The translations under genes were made by a program, and so were the position numbers. Positions 28,785 through 39,755 of a DNA stretch of 64,000 nucleotides are shown here, piece after piece; within the stretch, counting starts at the first letter, position 1, and each line of letters starts with the position of its first letter. The notes beneath the pieces are model-generated. The model searched no databases. It was not told the DNA's origin and saw only the letters and a list, made by a program, of their open reading frames with translations. The DNA comes from Helicobacteraceae bacterium (GTDB taxonomy: Bacteria; Campylobacterota; Campylobacteria; Campylobacterales; Sulfurimonadaceae), in the NCBI GenBank assembly GCA_015488775.1, contig WFNF01000159.1, positions 2,988 through 66,987 of the forward strand, in the 5' to 3' direction.

Positions 28785-29609
28785 CTACTTTACAACTTGA
28801 ACTAAAGCACAAATTGCACTATCATCTAAGTCGCCACTCATCACTTTATTCATAATTGGATTTTTACAGTAAATGTCGTTATCATACAAGACAACATAAA
28901 ACTCATCACCTTTTTGTAAAAATGTAGTTTCACCATAATGTGTGTATCTTGTAGCACCTATTGAGATTACAATGTTTTCAGGGAAACCTACAAGTTTAAA
29001 GTAATCAAGTATAGGTTCTAATGGACCAAAATCAACTTGTGAATTAAGTTGTGATTTTATCCACTCTAAAAGCTTTTCATGAAAGTAACTATAACCAGTT
29101 ATAGGTGCATCCTCGCCGTAACGCATCAACATACCATCACGCTTTAAAAAAGATGCTATTCTCCATGAATCTATATTGCTACCCTTGGTAAAACTATCAA
29201 GAGGTATCATCTTTGAGCTTAGACCCTTAGAGTTTTTACCCCAATTTTTTTTATGAGATATCTTTTTTGCTCCAGCTACTCTTATAGAAAAGTCATTGTA
29301 AGCACCAAAATGAGTTGGAGTAATGCTTTCAACTTTTCCATCTTTATATGTCATCTTACATCTAAGAGCAACTTCTGGTTCTGCTTGAACATTTACGTCA
29401 GTATCTGGAAGTTCCATAAGAGATGAGCTTAGAGGAAACTCACCAACATTTGTTTCTAATGTAGATATATAAAAAGGAAAAATTCCTTTGGGTGTAGCTT
29501 CATCAGCCGTTAATATATCTTTAAAATCTTCACTCTCACCAGCTTGCTCAAGATGCATAGCAAAATTGCCAGCAATCCCAAGTCCTACAAAATCTTTAAA
29601 GTTGTCCAT
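28785..29609 (-). CDS. conserved hypothetical protein
   Basis: I prefer the start at MDNFKDFVGLGIAGNFAMHLEQAGE (ATG 29609-29607). The longer ORF-track start would run about 75 nt into the ABC-F gene. Confidence 0.5.
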   Translation of the reverse strand: MDNFKDFVGLGIAGNFAMHLEQAGESEDFKDILTADEATPKGIFPFYISTLETNVGEFPLSSSLMELPDTDVNVQAEPEVALRCKMTYKDGKVESITPTHFGAYNDFSIRVAGAKKISHKKNWGKNSKGLSSKMIPLDSFTKGSNIDSWRIASFLKRDGMLMRYGEDAPITGYSYFHEKLLEWIKSQLNSQVDFGPLEPILDYFKLVGFPENIVISIGATRYTHYGETTFLQKGDEFYVVLYDNDIYCKNPIMNKVMSGDLDDSAICALVQVVK

Positions 29610-31200
29610 TCGCTTTTGCCTCTGCAAACTCTTCATAAGTTCCTTTGAAGTCAGTAAAAGAACCATCAGCATGTAACTCTATAATACGATTTGCAAATGC
29701 ATCAAGTAACTCTCTATCGTGAGTAACACAAAGAACATTTCCATCAAAGTTAAACATACCCTCGCCTAGTGCAACAATAGCTTCAAGATCAAGGTGATTT
29801 GATGGTTCATCAAGAACTAAAAAATTACCATTTTCAAGCATAAGTTTTGAAAGCATCATACGATGTTTTTCACCACCAGATATGGAAGTTACAGCTTTTT
29901 CTTGTTGCTCACCATTAAAAAGCATACGACCAAGACAGTTTCTAATCTCAGCAATATCTCTCTTTGAATCAAAGCCTCTTAACCATTCATAAAGAGTTGA
30001 ATCTTCATTTATAATGTCAGCAGTATCTTGAGGAAAATAAGAATTTTCAATAGTTGCACCCCATTTTACCTCACCAGATGTTGGTTTCATCTCCTCCATT
30101 AAAATCTTAACTAAGGTAGTTTTACCAACACCATTTGCACCAATAAGACCAACTTTATCACCAGGTGCAAACTTTAAACTTATATCTTTTAAAACTTCTT
30201 CATCACCATAAGAGTGAGAGATATGATTACACTCTAAAGCTTCATCTCCCATAGTTCTTTTAGCCTTAAAAACTATACTTGGATCACGACGTGAACTTGG
30301 TTTAATATCTTCTATAACAAGTTTATCTAGTTGTTTTTGTCTTGAAGTAGCTTGTTTTGCTTTAGAAGCATTAGCTGAGAAACGTCTAACAAAAGCTTCA
30401 AGTTGATCTTTCTCTTTTTGCTTTTTAGCATTATCAACCTCTAGCTGTTTTGCCATAACATTTGCTGCTAAATACCAATCATCATAATTACCAGTAAACT
30501 CTCTTATCTTTTGGTAATCAACATCAAGTATATTTGTTACAACAGCATTTAAAAAGTGTCTATCGTGAGAGATAACAACAAGTGTACCCTCATGACGTTT
30601 TAACTCATTTTCTAGCCAACCAATCGTTTCGATATCAAGATTGTTTGTAGGCTCATCAAGAAATAAAACTTCAGGTTTTGGAAAAAGTACTTGTGCAAGT
30701 AAAACTTTAAACTTGTCAGATGATTTTAATGAGCTCATAGGTTCTTCATGTAATTCAGCAGAGATACCAACATTTTCAAGAACTTTAGCAATATTTATAT
30801 CATACTCATAAGTTGGATCTTCCTCAACACATACAACTTCTAACTCACCTAAACGATCATTAGTAGCATCATCTTCAAAGTCGCCAGTAACATAAAGTTC
30901 CTCTTTCTCTTTTATAGCATCATAAAGTCTTTTGTTACCATATAAAACAGCATCCATAATAGTAAAATCTTCAAAAGCAAATTGGTTTTGTCCAAGTACT
31001 CCAACTTTATAACCACTCTCAACAGTGACAGAACCATCGTACTCTTCAATCTCGCCACTTAAAATCTTTAAGAAAGTTGTTTTACCAGCACCATTTGCCC
31101 CTATAAGACCATACCTTTTGTGTCTGTCTAACTTTAAGTTGATGTTCTCAAAAAGAACACGGCTACCAAATCTTTTTATAAGTGATGTAACTTGAACCAT
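29596..31200 (-). CDS. ABC-F family ATPase (two ABC cassettes, no TM domain)
   Basis: 534 aa. Two Walker A motifs (GANGAGKTT, GANGVGKTT), two signature motifs (LKSSDKF degenerate / ISGGEKHR) and a charged inter-domain linker. Confidence 0.9.
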   Translation of the reverse strand: MVQVTSLIKRFGSRVLFENINLKLDRHKRYGLIGANGAGKTTFLKILSGEIEEYDGSVTVESGYKVGVLGQNQFAFEDFTIMDAVLYGNKRLYDAIKEKEELYVTGDFEDDATNDRLGELEVVCVEEDPTYEYDINIAKVLENVGISAELHEEPMSSLKSSDKFKVLLAQVLFPKPEVLFLDEPTNNLDIETIGWLENELKRHEGTLVVISHDRHFLNAVVTNILDVDYQKIREFTGNYDDWYLAANVMAKQLEVDNAKKQKEKDQLEAFVRRFSANASKAKQATSRQKQLDKLVIEDIKPSSRRDPSIVFKAKRTMGDEALECNHISHSYGDEEVLKDISLKFAPGDKVGLIGANGVGKTTLVKILMEEMKPTSGEVKWGATIENSYFPQDTADIINEDSTLYEWLRGFDSKRDIAEIRNCLGRMLFNGEQQEKAVTSISGGEKHRMMLSKLMLENGNFLVLDEPSNHLDLEAIVALGEGMFNFDGNVLCVTHDRELLDAFANRIIELHADGSFTDFKGTYEEFAEAKANGQL

Positions 31201-31359
31201 ACAATATCTCGCTTTTTTTAGTATATAATAATTGCGTGATTATAGCATAATTTGTATAAGTGCTTATATAGTAAAAAGTAGTTTTTGTAAAATAGAGCTA
31301 AAGTAAGATAAACTATTGATTTTTAGCTACCAAGATAGGCTTGGTAGTAAAATTATAGC

Positions 31360-31791
31360 TTATTGTGCAGATGAATCTGTAATTAAAGTATCTAAACAAT
31401 CAGGATTTTTTGTGATTGAATAATTTGGATTTGAAGTAGACGTAAAAACATCATCACCAATATTGTTTTGGTTTATGTGAAATATCACTTTTTCTCCACT
31501 TTGATCAATTACATTAACTTCATTGTTAGCTATAGAGTAATTAAACACTATATTAAAATTTTCACCATTTGCATCTTTTTTAACAATATTGATAATATCA
31601 TTTTCTTCAAATTTCATACATGATAAAGGTAGTAAAGCACTATCTTGAGAATCTTTAAATGCAAAATATTTAACACTAACAAGTCCCTCTTTAACTGCAT
31701 CACTTTTTGTCTTATCAATAGCATTAAACACCTCATCACAACCAGTAAACGAAACCAAAAGCACTATTGCTAATATATATTTTTTAATCAT
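31360..31791 (-). CDS. small lipoprotein
   Basis: MIKKYILAIVLLVSFTGC lipobox. A CTACCAAG/CTTGGTAG hairpin lies at 31327-31347, just past the stop. Confidence 0.55.
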   Translation of the reverse strand: MIKKYILAIVLLVSFTGCDEVFNAIDKTKSDAVKEGLVSVKYFAFKDSQDSALLPLSCMKFEENDIINIVKKDANGENFNIVFNYSIANNEVNVIDQSGEKVIFHINQNNIGDDVFTSTSNPNYSITKNPDCLDTLITDSSAQ

Positions 31792-31893
31792 TAATTTATC
31801 CTTTTTGAATTTAATTGACGCAATTATATCATAATAGTATGTAGTAATAATTTAGTTAAATAGACGATATTTTATCAATATATGAATTTTATT

Positions 31894-31934
31894 TGTCAAC
31901 TTACTTGACATCAAGTGACTAAACTTGCTAAAAT
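31894..31934 (+). promoter_or_regulatory. clpB promoter (TTGACA-N18-TAAAAT) overlapped by two inverted repeats
   Basis: TTGACA at 31905-31910 and TAAAAT at 31929-31934. TGTCAA-cttac-TTGACA at 31894-31910. ACTTGA-ca-TCAAGT at 31903-31916, whose CTTGA half-sites resemble the HspR HAIR element. Confidence 0.45.
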
Positions 31935-31964
31935 AATAACTATAAAACAAAAAAGGATTAAATC

Positions 31965-34535
31965 ATGAACAATATATTTGAAAAACTAACTAACCAGATG
32001 AGTGAACTTATAGAGTCTTCTATATCATTAGCTTTACACAATAAAAATCCAGAAGTTGAGTCTTTACACTTTTTATGGGCATTGCTTACTAACTCAAACT
32101 CTATTTTAAACCAAGTGTTTAACAAAATGAGTATAGATAAAATTGCTATAGAGCTTGATGTAAAATCTGCTACATCAAAACTTGTTACAAACTCATCACT
32201 TACTAAAGAGAACATTAAACTTTCTCGTAACTTTATAAACTCTTTACAAAAAGCTCATTCATTAATGAGTGCAAACGGTGACACTTTTTTAGCAGTTGAT
32301 ACATACTTGATCTCAGAGCTTAAAGATGGTTCATTTAAAGAGTTTCTTGCAAAATATACAGATATAGCTGAGATTATAAAAACTTTAGAAAGTTTAAGAG
32401 CTGGTAAAAAAGTTGATTCACAAAGTAGTGATGACAACTTAGAATCTTTAGAAAAGTATGGTATAGATTTAACTGCAATGGCAGCTCAAGGGGAACTTGC
32501 TCCTGTTATAGGACGTGATGAAGAGATAAACCGTATGATGCAAATACTGATCAGAAAAACTAAAAACAATCCTATACTTTTAGGTGAACCAGGAGTTGGT
32601 AAAACTGCACTTGCTGAGGGTTTAGCTCAAAAAATATATGATAATGATGTACCAACATCTTTAGCAAACAAAAAACTAATAGCACTTGATATGTCTAGTA
32701 TGATAGCTGGTGCAAAATATAGAGGTGAATTTGAAGACAGACTTAAAGCAGTTATAAATGAGGTTAAAGAGTCTGCAAATATTATACTTTTCATAGATGA
32801 GATACACACTATAGTTGGCGCTGGTGCTAGTGAGGGTGGAATGGATGCTGCAAATATCTTAAAGCCAGCGCTAGCTCGTGGTGAACTACACACTATAGGT
32901 GCAACAACACTAAAAGAGTATAGAAAGTACTTTGAAAAAGACACAGCATTGCAAAGACGTTTTCAACCTGTTAATGTAGATGAGCCAAACATCAACCAAA
33001 CTCTACAAATACTTAGAGGTATTAAAGAGCGTTTAGAAACTCACCACAATGTAAATATTACAGACTCTGCACTTGTTGCTAGTGCAAAACTATCTGATAG
33101 ATATATTACAGATAGATTTCTACCAGATAAGGCTATAGATCTTATAGATGAAGCAGCGGCTGAACTTAAGATGCAAATAGAGAGTGAGCCTAATGTTTTA
33201 GCAAAAGTAAAAAGAGTTATAGCTGAGCTAAATGTTGAAAAAGAAGCTTTAAAGATGGAGCTTACAGATAAAAATGCTAAACGTATTGGGGAGATAGAAA
33301 AAGAGTTAAGTGATGCAAATGAAGAAAAATTATCTCTTGAAACTCAATTTGAAAATGAGAAGGCAGTTTTTGATCAGATATCTAAAACTAAAAGTGAGAT
33401 AGAATCTAAAAAACGTGAAGCTGAACTATCTAAAAACTCTGGAGATTTTGAGAAAGCTGCTTCTATTGAGTATGGTGAGATACCAGCCTTAAACGATAAG
33501 GTTATAGAGCTTGAAAGCAAGTGGGATGAGATGCTTAAAAGTGGAACTCTTCTTAAAAACTCTGTTGATGAAGACTCTATAGCAAGCATTGTAAGTAGAT
33601 GGACTAAGATACCTGTAACCAAAATGTTACAAAGCGATAAAGATAAAATTTTAAAAGTAAAAGAGGTTCTTGACGCAGAAGTTATAGGTCAAGACAAGGC
33701 AACTTTTGCAATCTCAAGAGTTATTAAAAGAAATAAAGCTGGACTTAGTGATAAATCTCGTCCAATAGGTTCATTTATGTTTTTAGGGCCAACTGGTGTT
33801 GGTAAAACTCAAAGTGCTAAAACATTAGCTAAGTTTTTATTTGACTCACCAGAATCACTTTTAAGATTTGATATGAGTGAGTATATGGAGAAACAAAGTG
33901 TATCTCGTTTAGTTGGACCACCACCTGGGTATGTTGGTTATGATGAGGGTGGACAACTTACAGAAGCTGTAAGACGTAAGCCATACTCTGTAATCTTGTT
34001 TGATGAAGTTGAAAAAGCTCATCCTGATGTGTTTAACACCCTACTTCAAGTTCTTGATGATGGACGTTTAACAGATAACAAAGGTGTAACTGTAGATTTT
34101 ACAAACACTATAATTATCTTAACTTCAAACATAGCAAGTTCTAAGATAATAGAAAAAGTGGATAATCTTGAAGAGGTTGTTATGAAAGAGCTAAGAGCTA
34201 CTTTTAAACCTGAATTTTTAAACCGTTTAGATGAGATTATAACTTTTAATGCCCTTGGTGAAAATGAGATAGAAAAAATCGTAACTCTATTTTTCAAAGA
34301 GATACAAGAGAAAGTTAAAGAAAGAGAGATAACTCTAACACTTACACCTGAAGCTACTACCTATGTTGCAAGTAGTGGTTTTGATTATGTTTATGGTGCG
34401 CGTCCACTTAAACGTGCTCTTTATGAGATAGTTGAAGATAGATTAGCAGACCTAATCCTTGAGGGTGATGTTGTAGAGGGAAGTGATGTAGTTTTTGACT
34501 ATGTTGATGATGAGATAAAAGTTAGTATTAGTTAA
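31965..34535 (+). CDS. clpB: ATP-dependent chaperone ClpB
   Basis: 856 aa. Two AAA+ modules ([17 protein letters not shown]), a long middle coiled-coil, Clp_N repeats. Confidence 0.97.
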   Translation: MNNIFEKLTNQMSELIESSISLALHNKNPEVESLHFLWALLTNSNSILNQVFNKMSIDKIAIELDVKSATSKLVTNSSLTKENIKLSRNFINSLQKAHSLMSANGDTFLAVDTYLISELKDGSFKEFLAKYTDIAEIIKTLESLRAGKKVDSQSSDDNLESLEKYGIDLTAMAAQGELAPVIGRDEEINRMMQILIRKTKNNPILLGEPGVGKTALAEGLAQKIYDNDVPTSLANKKLIALDMSSMIAGAKYRGEFEDRLKAVINEVKESANIILFIDEIHTIVGAGASEGGMDAANILKPALARGELHTIGATTLKEYRKYFEKDTALQRRFQPVNVDEPNINQTLQILRGIKERLETHHNVNITDSALVASAKLSDRYITDRFLPDKAIDLIDEAAAELKMQIESEPNVLAKVKRVIAELNVEKEALKMELTDKNAKRIGEIEKELSDANEEKLSLETQFENEKAVFDQISKTKSEIESKKREAELSKNSGDFEKAASIEYGEIPALNDKVIELESKWDEMLKSGTLLKNSVDEDSIASIVSRWTKIPVTKMLQSDKDKILKVKEVLDAEVIGQDKATFAISRVIKRNKAGLSDKSRPIGSFMFLGPTGVGKTQSAKTLAKFLFDSPESLLRFDMSEYMEKQSVSRLVGPPPGYVGYDEGGQLTEAVRRKPYSVILFDEVEKAHPDVFNTLLQVLDDGRLTDNKGVTVDFTNTIIILTSNIASSKIIEKVDNLEEVVMKELRATFKPEFLNRLDEIITFNALGENEIEKIVTLFFKEIQEKVKEREITLTLTPEATTYVASSGFDYVYGARPLKRALYEIVEDRLADLILEGDVVEGSDVVFDYVDDEIKVSIS

Positions 34536-34554
34536 ACTTTACTATAATTTTATT

Positions 34555-34908
34555 ATGAAATATATACTTTTACTAATTTATCTAGGTTTTAGTGCAATCG
34601 CTTGTACTGGCGATTGTATGACCTGCCATCCAACACTAGAGAAAAACATACTTACAGATAAGCGTCACAAGCCAATGCTTACTTGTATAAAGTGCCATAA
34701 ACCAGATAGCGACTCTATGGCAGAGTGTGGTAAAGACTGCTACTCTTGCCATGATGTAAATAAAATAGAAAAAACAGGTATCAAAGAGCATATGGTTATC
34801 AGAGAGTGTAGAGATTGTCATATGAAAATTAAAAACACTATGATAAACATTGAAGCTAAACCATCTCAATCTACTAACGATACTTTAAAAGATTTCTTAT
34901 TAAACTAA
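34555..34908 (+). CDS. small periplasmic tetraheme cytochrome c
   Basis: 117 aa. Signal peptide plus four CxxCH motifs (CMTCH, CIKCH, CYSCH, CRDCH). Confidence 0.8.
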   Translation: MKYILLLIYLGFSAIACTGDCMTCHPTLEKNILTDKRHKPMLTCIKCHKPDSDSMAECGKDCYSCHDVNKIEKTGIKEHMVIRECRDCHMKIKNTMINIEAKPSQSTNDTLKDFLLN

Positions 34909-34982
34909 AAAGTGATGTAAAACAGACACTTTTTAGTGACAGAGAACAATGTTTCTCTTGTAATCGTCCAAAAAGCTCTTGT

Positions 34983-35555
34983 ATGTGCAAGTATGTTCAT
35001 AAAGTAGATACCAAAACCCATTTTGTTATCTTAATGCACCCAAAAGAGTTTAAAAAGACAAAGAACAATACAGGTAAACTAACCCACCAAGCACTACCAA
35101 ACTCACAAATCATAGTTGATGAAGATTTTACAAACAATACTAAGGTAAACTCACTTATATCTGATCAAAGAAACAGATGTTTTACTCTTTATCCAGATGA
35201 AAAAGCAATCTCTTTAAACTCTAACTCTATATATGAAAAAGATAAAAACATAGTTATATTTATACTTGATGCAACTTGGGCATGTGCTAACAAAATGTTA
35301 AGATTATCTACAAATTTACAAGATTTACAAAGCATATCTTTTGATCACAAAATGACCTCATCTTATCAGATTAAAAAACAGCCAAACGAACTATATCTAT
35401 CCACTATAGAATCAACATTATGTGTTCTTGAACTTATAGAAGATTTAAGCCAAAAAGATATAAAAAACTTTCTAAATCCTTTTAATGAGATGGTAAAATA
35501 CCAAGTAAAACGCTCAAATGAAGAAAAAAATATTAGATTTAGACCAAAACCTTAG
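34983..35555 (+). CDS. DTW-domain tRNA aminocarboxypropyltransferase-like protein (start uncertain)
   Basis: DATW motif (FILDATWACANKM). The in-frame upstream sequence (open from 34878) encodes REQCFSCNRPKSSCMC, the usual N-terminal Cys motif of the family, but has no ATG/GTG/TTG. Confidence 0.7.
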   Translation: MCKYVHKVDTKTHFVILMHPKEFKKTKNNTGKLTHQALPNSQIIVDEDFTNNTKVNSLISDQRNRCFTLYPDEKAISLNSNSIYEKDKNIVIFILDATWACANKMLRLSTNLQDLQSISFDHKMTSSYQIKKQPNELYLSTIESTLCVLELIEDLSQKDIKNFLNPFNEMVKYQVKRSNEEKNIRFRPKP

Positions 35556-35560
35556 GACTA

Positions 35561-37654
35561 TTATGAAGAATTTTTTATAAAATTGTGATACTTATCTAAA
35601 TACAAAAGTATCACAGGGAGTATAAACAAATCTGTAAATAGTGACATTAAAATAAGCATTGAACCGTAGAAGCCTACTTGTTGAAGTGAAGCTATGTCTG
35701 AAAAACCAAGTAGAGTAAAAATCATAGCTAAGATTAATGATCCTACTATAACTGGTATCCCTGCGTAAAAAAACATCTTCTCTAAAGCATGTTTTGGACT
35801 TCTTCCAAAATGCCTACTTCTAAAAAACTTAAATGCAAAATGTATGGTTGCATCAGATGCTAGTCCAACTGAGATACTCATAGCTATTAGTATCTCTAGG
35901 CTAAGAGGTATGTTTAAAAGATACACTATAAGTCCAAACCAAACTATAGGGATAGCATTTACTATAAAACCAACAAAAGCCATTGAGTATGATCTAAAAA
36001 TTAAGCCTATGATTATACCGATGATGATTAATGCAGTAAAAAGTGAAGCACTAAGAAGTATAGTCTTTTCATACATAGCACTACTTAAAAGTGAGCCTTT
36101 ATCAACAAAATATATATCTATATCTTTATAATCTTTTAACCAATGAATAAGTTTATTTTTATCTATATCAAAAGTGGTTATGGTTATTTTAGCCCCATTT
36201 TTATCATAATACTCTTTGTCTAATGAGTAAAGATCAAGATAAAAAAGAGCTTGTTCTAAAGCTTGAGAATCAAGTTTATCTGTTTGTGTATTTACTGAAT
36301 TTAGCTCATTGACAATTGAAGCCAATGATTTAACCTCATCAATACTTTCACTAAATTCCTTAGTAATATCATCTGAAAACTTTTCTAATCTATGTATATA
36401 ATTTAAGTCTATTTGATCATAAGGTACCATAATCATAACTTGATCATTATCTACTTGTAATTTGAATAGATGATCACTTTTACTATAAACCTTATAAGCA
36501 CCAAACATCAATAAAACAAAGGTCAGACTCAAAAGTAATAAAAGGAGTTTTTTACTATAGTGCAACTCGTTAGATGCAAAAGTGTAACAAAGTTTAGCAA
36601 AGTTAACATGTGCATGTTTTATATGGAAAAAACTTAAAAATGCTGGTAAAAAAGTAAGATTAACAATATAGCCAACTATAGATGAAACTATAAGACTCAA
36701 ACTTAAAAACCTGATAATCTCAGAATTTACAAGAAGCAGGCTACCTAAACCAATAGCAGTTAAGATTGATGTCCAAAGTGCTGGTGTAATGTTTCTATTT
36801 AACATCTTGATCAAGGCATTTTTTTTATCTGTTTTAAACTGAGAAACATGCCACCTATAGTAAAAGTACAAATAATCAACCATAGCAATACTAACAGTTA
36901 TAAAAGGCATAACTATATGTATATCATTTTGCGATGTTATAAAACTAATAAAAGAAAAAGTGATCATAGTAGTTAAAGACACAACAAGTATAGCACTTAT
37001 AGAAGATATGTAGTTTAAAAACACAGCCTTAAAAATAACTATAAGAAGTATTATAGAGATTAAAATATATATTATGTACTCACGCCAATCTACATAATAA
37101 TCTACCTCAACATAGGTGTAGTTGTTTTTTAAATTTAAACCCTTAACATCTACATTTGCACTAGAAGTTATATAAAAATTAAAAGTATGAAAATCATCAT
37201 CTACAAAGTTAGTATATTGGTTTGAGAGTTTATCTATATACTCTTTTAACTTGTAACTTGGCATTGAGCCAAAGTTTACTACTCCCACCATAGATGAGTC
37301 TTGTGAACCCTCTTGTTTCACAAAATTGTGAGAGAAAAGCGAAGTTACCCCTCTAACATTATCTAGTTTTTGAAGTTTAGCCTGTATCTCTTGTAACTTT
37401 TCTTGCTCTTTATCATCAAAATTATCTATTTTTATTGAAAGTTTAGATAGATAAAAAGTATCGTAATTTAAACTTGTAGTTTTTTTAAACTCTTTTGAAT
37501 CCTTTAGCCAAAACATAGCGTCACTAGAGTGTACTCTAGGTTGATACATCATTAAAATAGCCAAAGATGTAAAAATAAATAAAACTAAAATAGCTAAACG
37601 GTTTTTTAAAATAAAAGTAACATAAGAATCCATTTTTGGCGTTTGATAATACAT
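35561..37654 (-). CDS. RND-superfamily (MMPL/predicted exporter, COG1033-like) membrane protein
   Basis: 697 aa. Two blocks of about 5-6 TM helices, each preceded by a large soluble loop. Confidence 0.65.
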   Translation of the reverse strand: MYYQTPKMDSYVTFILKNRLAILVLFIFTSLAILMMYQPRVHSSDAMFWLKDSKEFKKTTSLNYDTFYLSKLSIKIDNFDDKEQEKLQEIQAKLQKLDNVRGVTSLFSHNFVKQEGSQDSSMVGVVNFGSMPSYKLKEYIDKLSNQYTNFVDDDFHTFNFYITSSANVDVKGLNLKNNYTYVEVDYYVDWREYIIYILISIILLIVIFKAVFLNYISSISAILVVSLTTMITFSFISFITSQNDIHIVMPFITVSIAMVDYLYFYYRWHVSQFKTDKKNALIKMLNRNITPALWTSILTAIGLGSLLLVNSEIIRFLSLSLIVSSIVGYIVNLTFLPAFLSFFHIKHAHVNFAKLCYTFASNELHYSKKLLLLLLSLTFVLLMFGAYKVYSKSDHLFKLQVDNDQVMIMVPYDQIDLNYIHRLEKFSDDITKEFSESIDEVKSLASIVNELNSVNTQTDKLDSQALEQALFYLDLYSLDKEYYDKNGAKITITTFDIDKNKLIHWLKDYKDIDIYFVDKGSLLSSAMYEKTILLSASLFTALIIIGIIIGLIFRSYSMAFVGFIVNAIPIVWFGLIVYLLNIPLSLEILIAMSISVGLASDATIHFAFKFFRSRHFGRSPKHALEKMFFYAGIPVIVGSLILAMIFTLLGFSDIASLQQVGFYGSMLILMSLFTDLFILPVILLYLDKYHNFIKNSS

Positions 37655-37660
37655 AAAGAC

Positions 37661-38152
37661 CTACTTTTTCTTTTTTGAAATGATGATATATGGGCGTTTA
37701 AACACACCAATTTGCTTGGCTACTTTGGAAATTTTATCAACAATATCTTTCTGTTTTTTAAAATCAAAATCTTTGTCTTGGATATCAAGTTTTTTACCAT
37801 GAAGCATAACATCCAATAAACTTGTTTTTTTATCTTTTTGAGCATAAATTGAGTAAATAATATTTTGAGAGTTTAACCTTGGTATCTCATACATAAATAG
37901 ATGATATTTGTATTTTTTCAACATCATCTCATTTGAAGTTACAGTTTTAAGAAATTTACGAGAGTACTTACATAGAGGGTCTATAAAAGCATATACGTCA
38001 ACATCACCATTACCAATAGTGATAACTTGGTTATCAATACTTTTTACTAGACTTATAAGTGTATTGTATGGTAGTTTTTGATTTACAGAAGATGCTTGTA
38101 AAAGGTTGAACAAGACTATTAATATAAAGATATATCTTTTCATAATTAGCAT
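37661..38152 (-). CDS. secreted thioredoxin-fold (DsbA/DsbG-like) protein with CxxS in place of CxxC
   Basis: Signal peptide. VYAFIDPLCKYSRKF sits at the position of a Dsb active site. Confidence 0.4.
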   Translation of the reverse strand: MLIMKRYIFILIVLFNLLQASSVNQKLPYNTLISLVKSIDNQVITIGNGDVDVYAFIDPLCKYSRKFLKTVTSNEMMLKKYKYHLFMYEIPRLNSQNIIYSIYAQKDKKTSLLDVMLHGKKLDIQDKDFDFKKQKDIVDKISKVAKQIGVFKRPYIIISKKKK

Positions 38153-38191
38153 TGTATCAAAATAACTCCTAATACTTAGGAGTTATAAATG

Positions 38192-39553
38192 TTACTTTAG
38201 TGCAACAACAAAAATTCTGCCATGTCTGCTAATATAAAAACGCTTTTTGCCTTTATATTGTTTTTGAATCTGTATTAAAGTGTCTAATTTATCTATAAGA
38301 ACATTTTCAACTTGAACTATCACATCTCCAACTTTAACACCTTTATCGTATGCTTTTGAATCAACTTTCACTTTTGTTACCAAAGCACCATTAATACTAG
38401 ATGGTATTCTATACATAGATCTAGCAGTTGAATCTATATTGCTTAGCTCTAAGCCTTCTATAACATCAGAAGCATTTCCTAAGCCATAACCTAAAGATCC
38501 CAAAACTACATCAGCTACTCTAACTTTTTTATCTCTTTCATATGTTATTTTAACTTTAGAATTTGGTGTGTAAAGTCCAATCATATTTTTTAATTCATTA
38601 GCACCCTTAACAATTTTTCCATCAACTTTTAGTATTAAATCACCACGTTTAAGTCCACCTTTTTGAGCAGGTGAACCATCATTCACATTGTTTATAAGAG
38701 CTCCTGATTGACTTAAATACAACTCCTGCATATCACTAGACATATTTGATATATTTACACCAAGAAAACCTCTTTTTATGCTACCACTTGCAACAAGTTC
38801 ACTTGCTATGTCTCTAACCATGTTTGATGCTATTGCAAAACCTATACCGTTATTTCCACCACTTTTAGTAAGTATAGCTGAGTTTATACCAACTAATGCA
38901 CCACGGCTATCTACTAATGCCCCACCAGAGTTACCAGGGTTTATAGAGGCATCAGTTTGTATAAAGTTTTCATATTCGTTTATCCCAACACCACTTTTAT
39001 GTTGAGCAGAGATTATACCTTGAGTTACACTTTGTCCAATACCAAAAGGGTTACCAATAGCAAAAACAACATCTCCAACTTTTAAAGTATCTGAACTTGC
39101 AAATTTTATAGATTTAAAATTATTCCCCTCAATTTTTATCACTGCTAAATCACTTTTAGGATCAGCACCTATAATCTTTGCCTTGTATTTTTTATCATCA
39201 CCAACAATTGTTACTTCAATCTTATCTGCACCATCTATAACATGGTTATTTGTAACTATATAACCATCTTTACTGACCATTACACCAGAACCTAATGCTC
39301 CCATATCTCCACCTCTACCTCTACCAAAAAAATCATCCAGTGGACTCATTCTACGATGATTTGTCATATGTATAATAGTAGATATATGAACAACAGATTT
39401 TGTCACCTCATCTAAAACATTTGAGTAAGATAAAACAGCATTTTGTGACGCTGGGTTTATCCTTTTAGGGTTTGTTTTAGCCTCATTAAAATCTATTGAA
39501 ACTGCGCTTAATGATAATGATAATGCCATAAGCAATAAAGTTATTTTTTTCAT
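38192..39553 (-). CDS. htrA: periplasmic serine protease HtrA/DegP (two PDZ domains)
   Basis: 453 aa. Catalytic triad context (TNNHVI, DLAVIKI, GNSGGALV) and two PDZ-like segments. Confidence 0.92.
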   Translation of the reverse strand: MKKITLLLMALSLSLSAVSIDFNEAKTNPKRINPASQNAVLSYSNVLDEVTKSVVHISTIIHMTNHRRMSPLDDFFGRGRGGDMGALGSGVMVSKDGYIVTNNHVIDGADKIEVTIVGDDKKYKAKIIGADPKSDLAVIKIEGNNFKSIKFASSDTLKVGDVVFAIGNPFGIGQSVTQGIISAQHKSGVGINEYENFIQTDASINPGNSGGALVDSRGALVGINSAILTKSGGNNGIGFAIASNMVRDIASELVASGSIKRGFLGVNISNMSSDMQELYLSQSGALINNVNDGSPAQKGGLKRGDLILKVDGKIVKGANELKNMIGLYTPNSKVKITYERDKKVRVADVVLGSLGYGLGNASDVIEGLELSNIDSTARSMYRIPSSINGALVTKVKVDSKAYDKGVKVGDVIVQVENVLIDKLDTLIQIQKQYKGKKRFYISRHGRIFVVALK

Positions 39554-39647
39554 TAATATGTCCTTTTTTTTGGGAAAGTATATCCCTATGTGGTAAATAC
39601 AAATCTAACTAATAGTAAACTAAAAATAAACAAATGGCACTTATTAA

Positions 39648-39677
39648 AGGGCACCTCTAAGTTTTTAGAGGTGCCCT
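39648..39677. promoter_or_regulatory. 13-bp-stem GC-rich palindrome in the htrA/gspG divergent intergenic region
   Basis: AGGGCACCTCTAA-gttt-TTAGAGGTGCCCT. One arm plus flank (aaagggcacctctaa) recurs at 22191-22205 in the chitinase/rimO divergent region. Confidence 0.4.
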
Positions 39678-39755
39678 AAATATAGTTCATTTGTTTTACA
39701 TTTATTTTAACTATGTACACTTCTACTAACAAAATACTACTATTTAAGGTTAAAA

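Noticed and set aside
39648-39677. Intrinsic terminator call for the GC-rich hairpin
   Set aside because: It sits between two divergently transcribed starts and has no U-tract on either strand, so a terminator role is unlikely. It is kept as a candidate operator or repeat.
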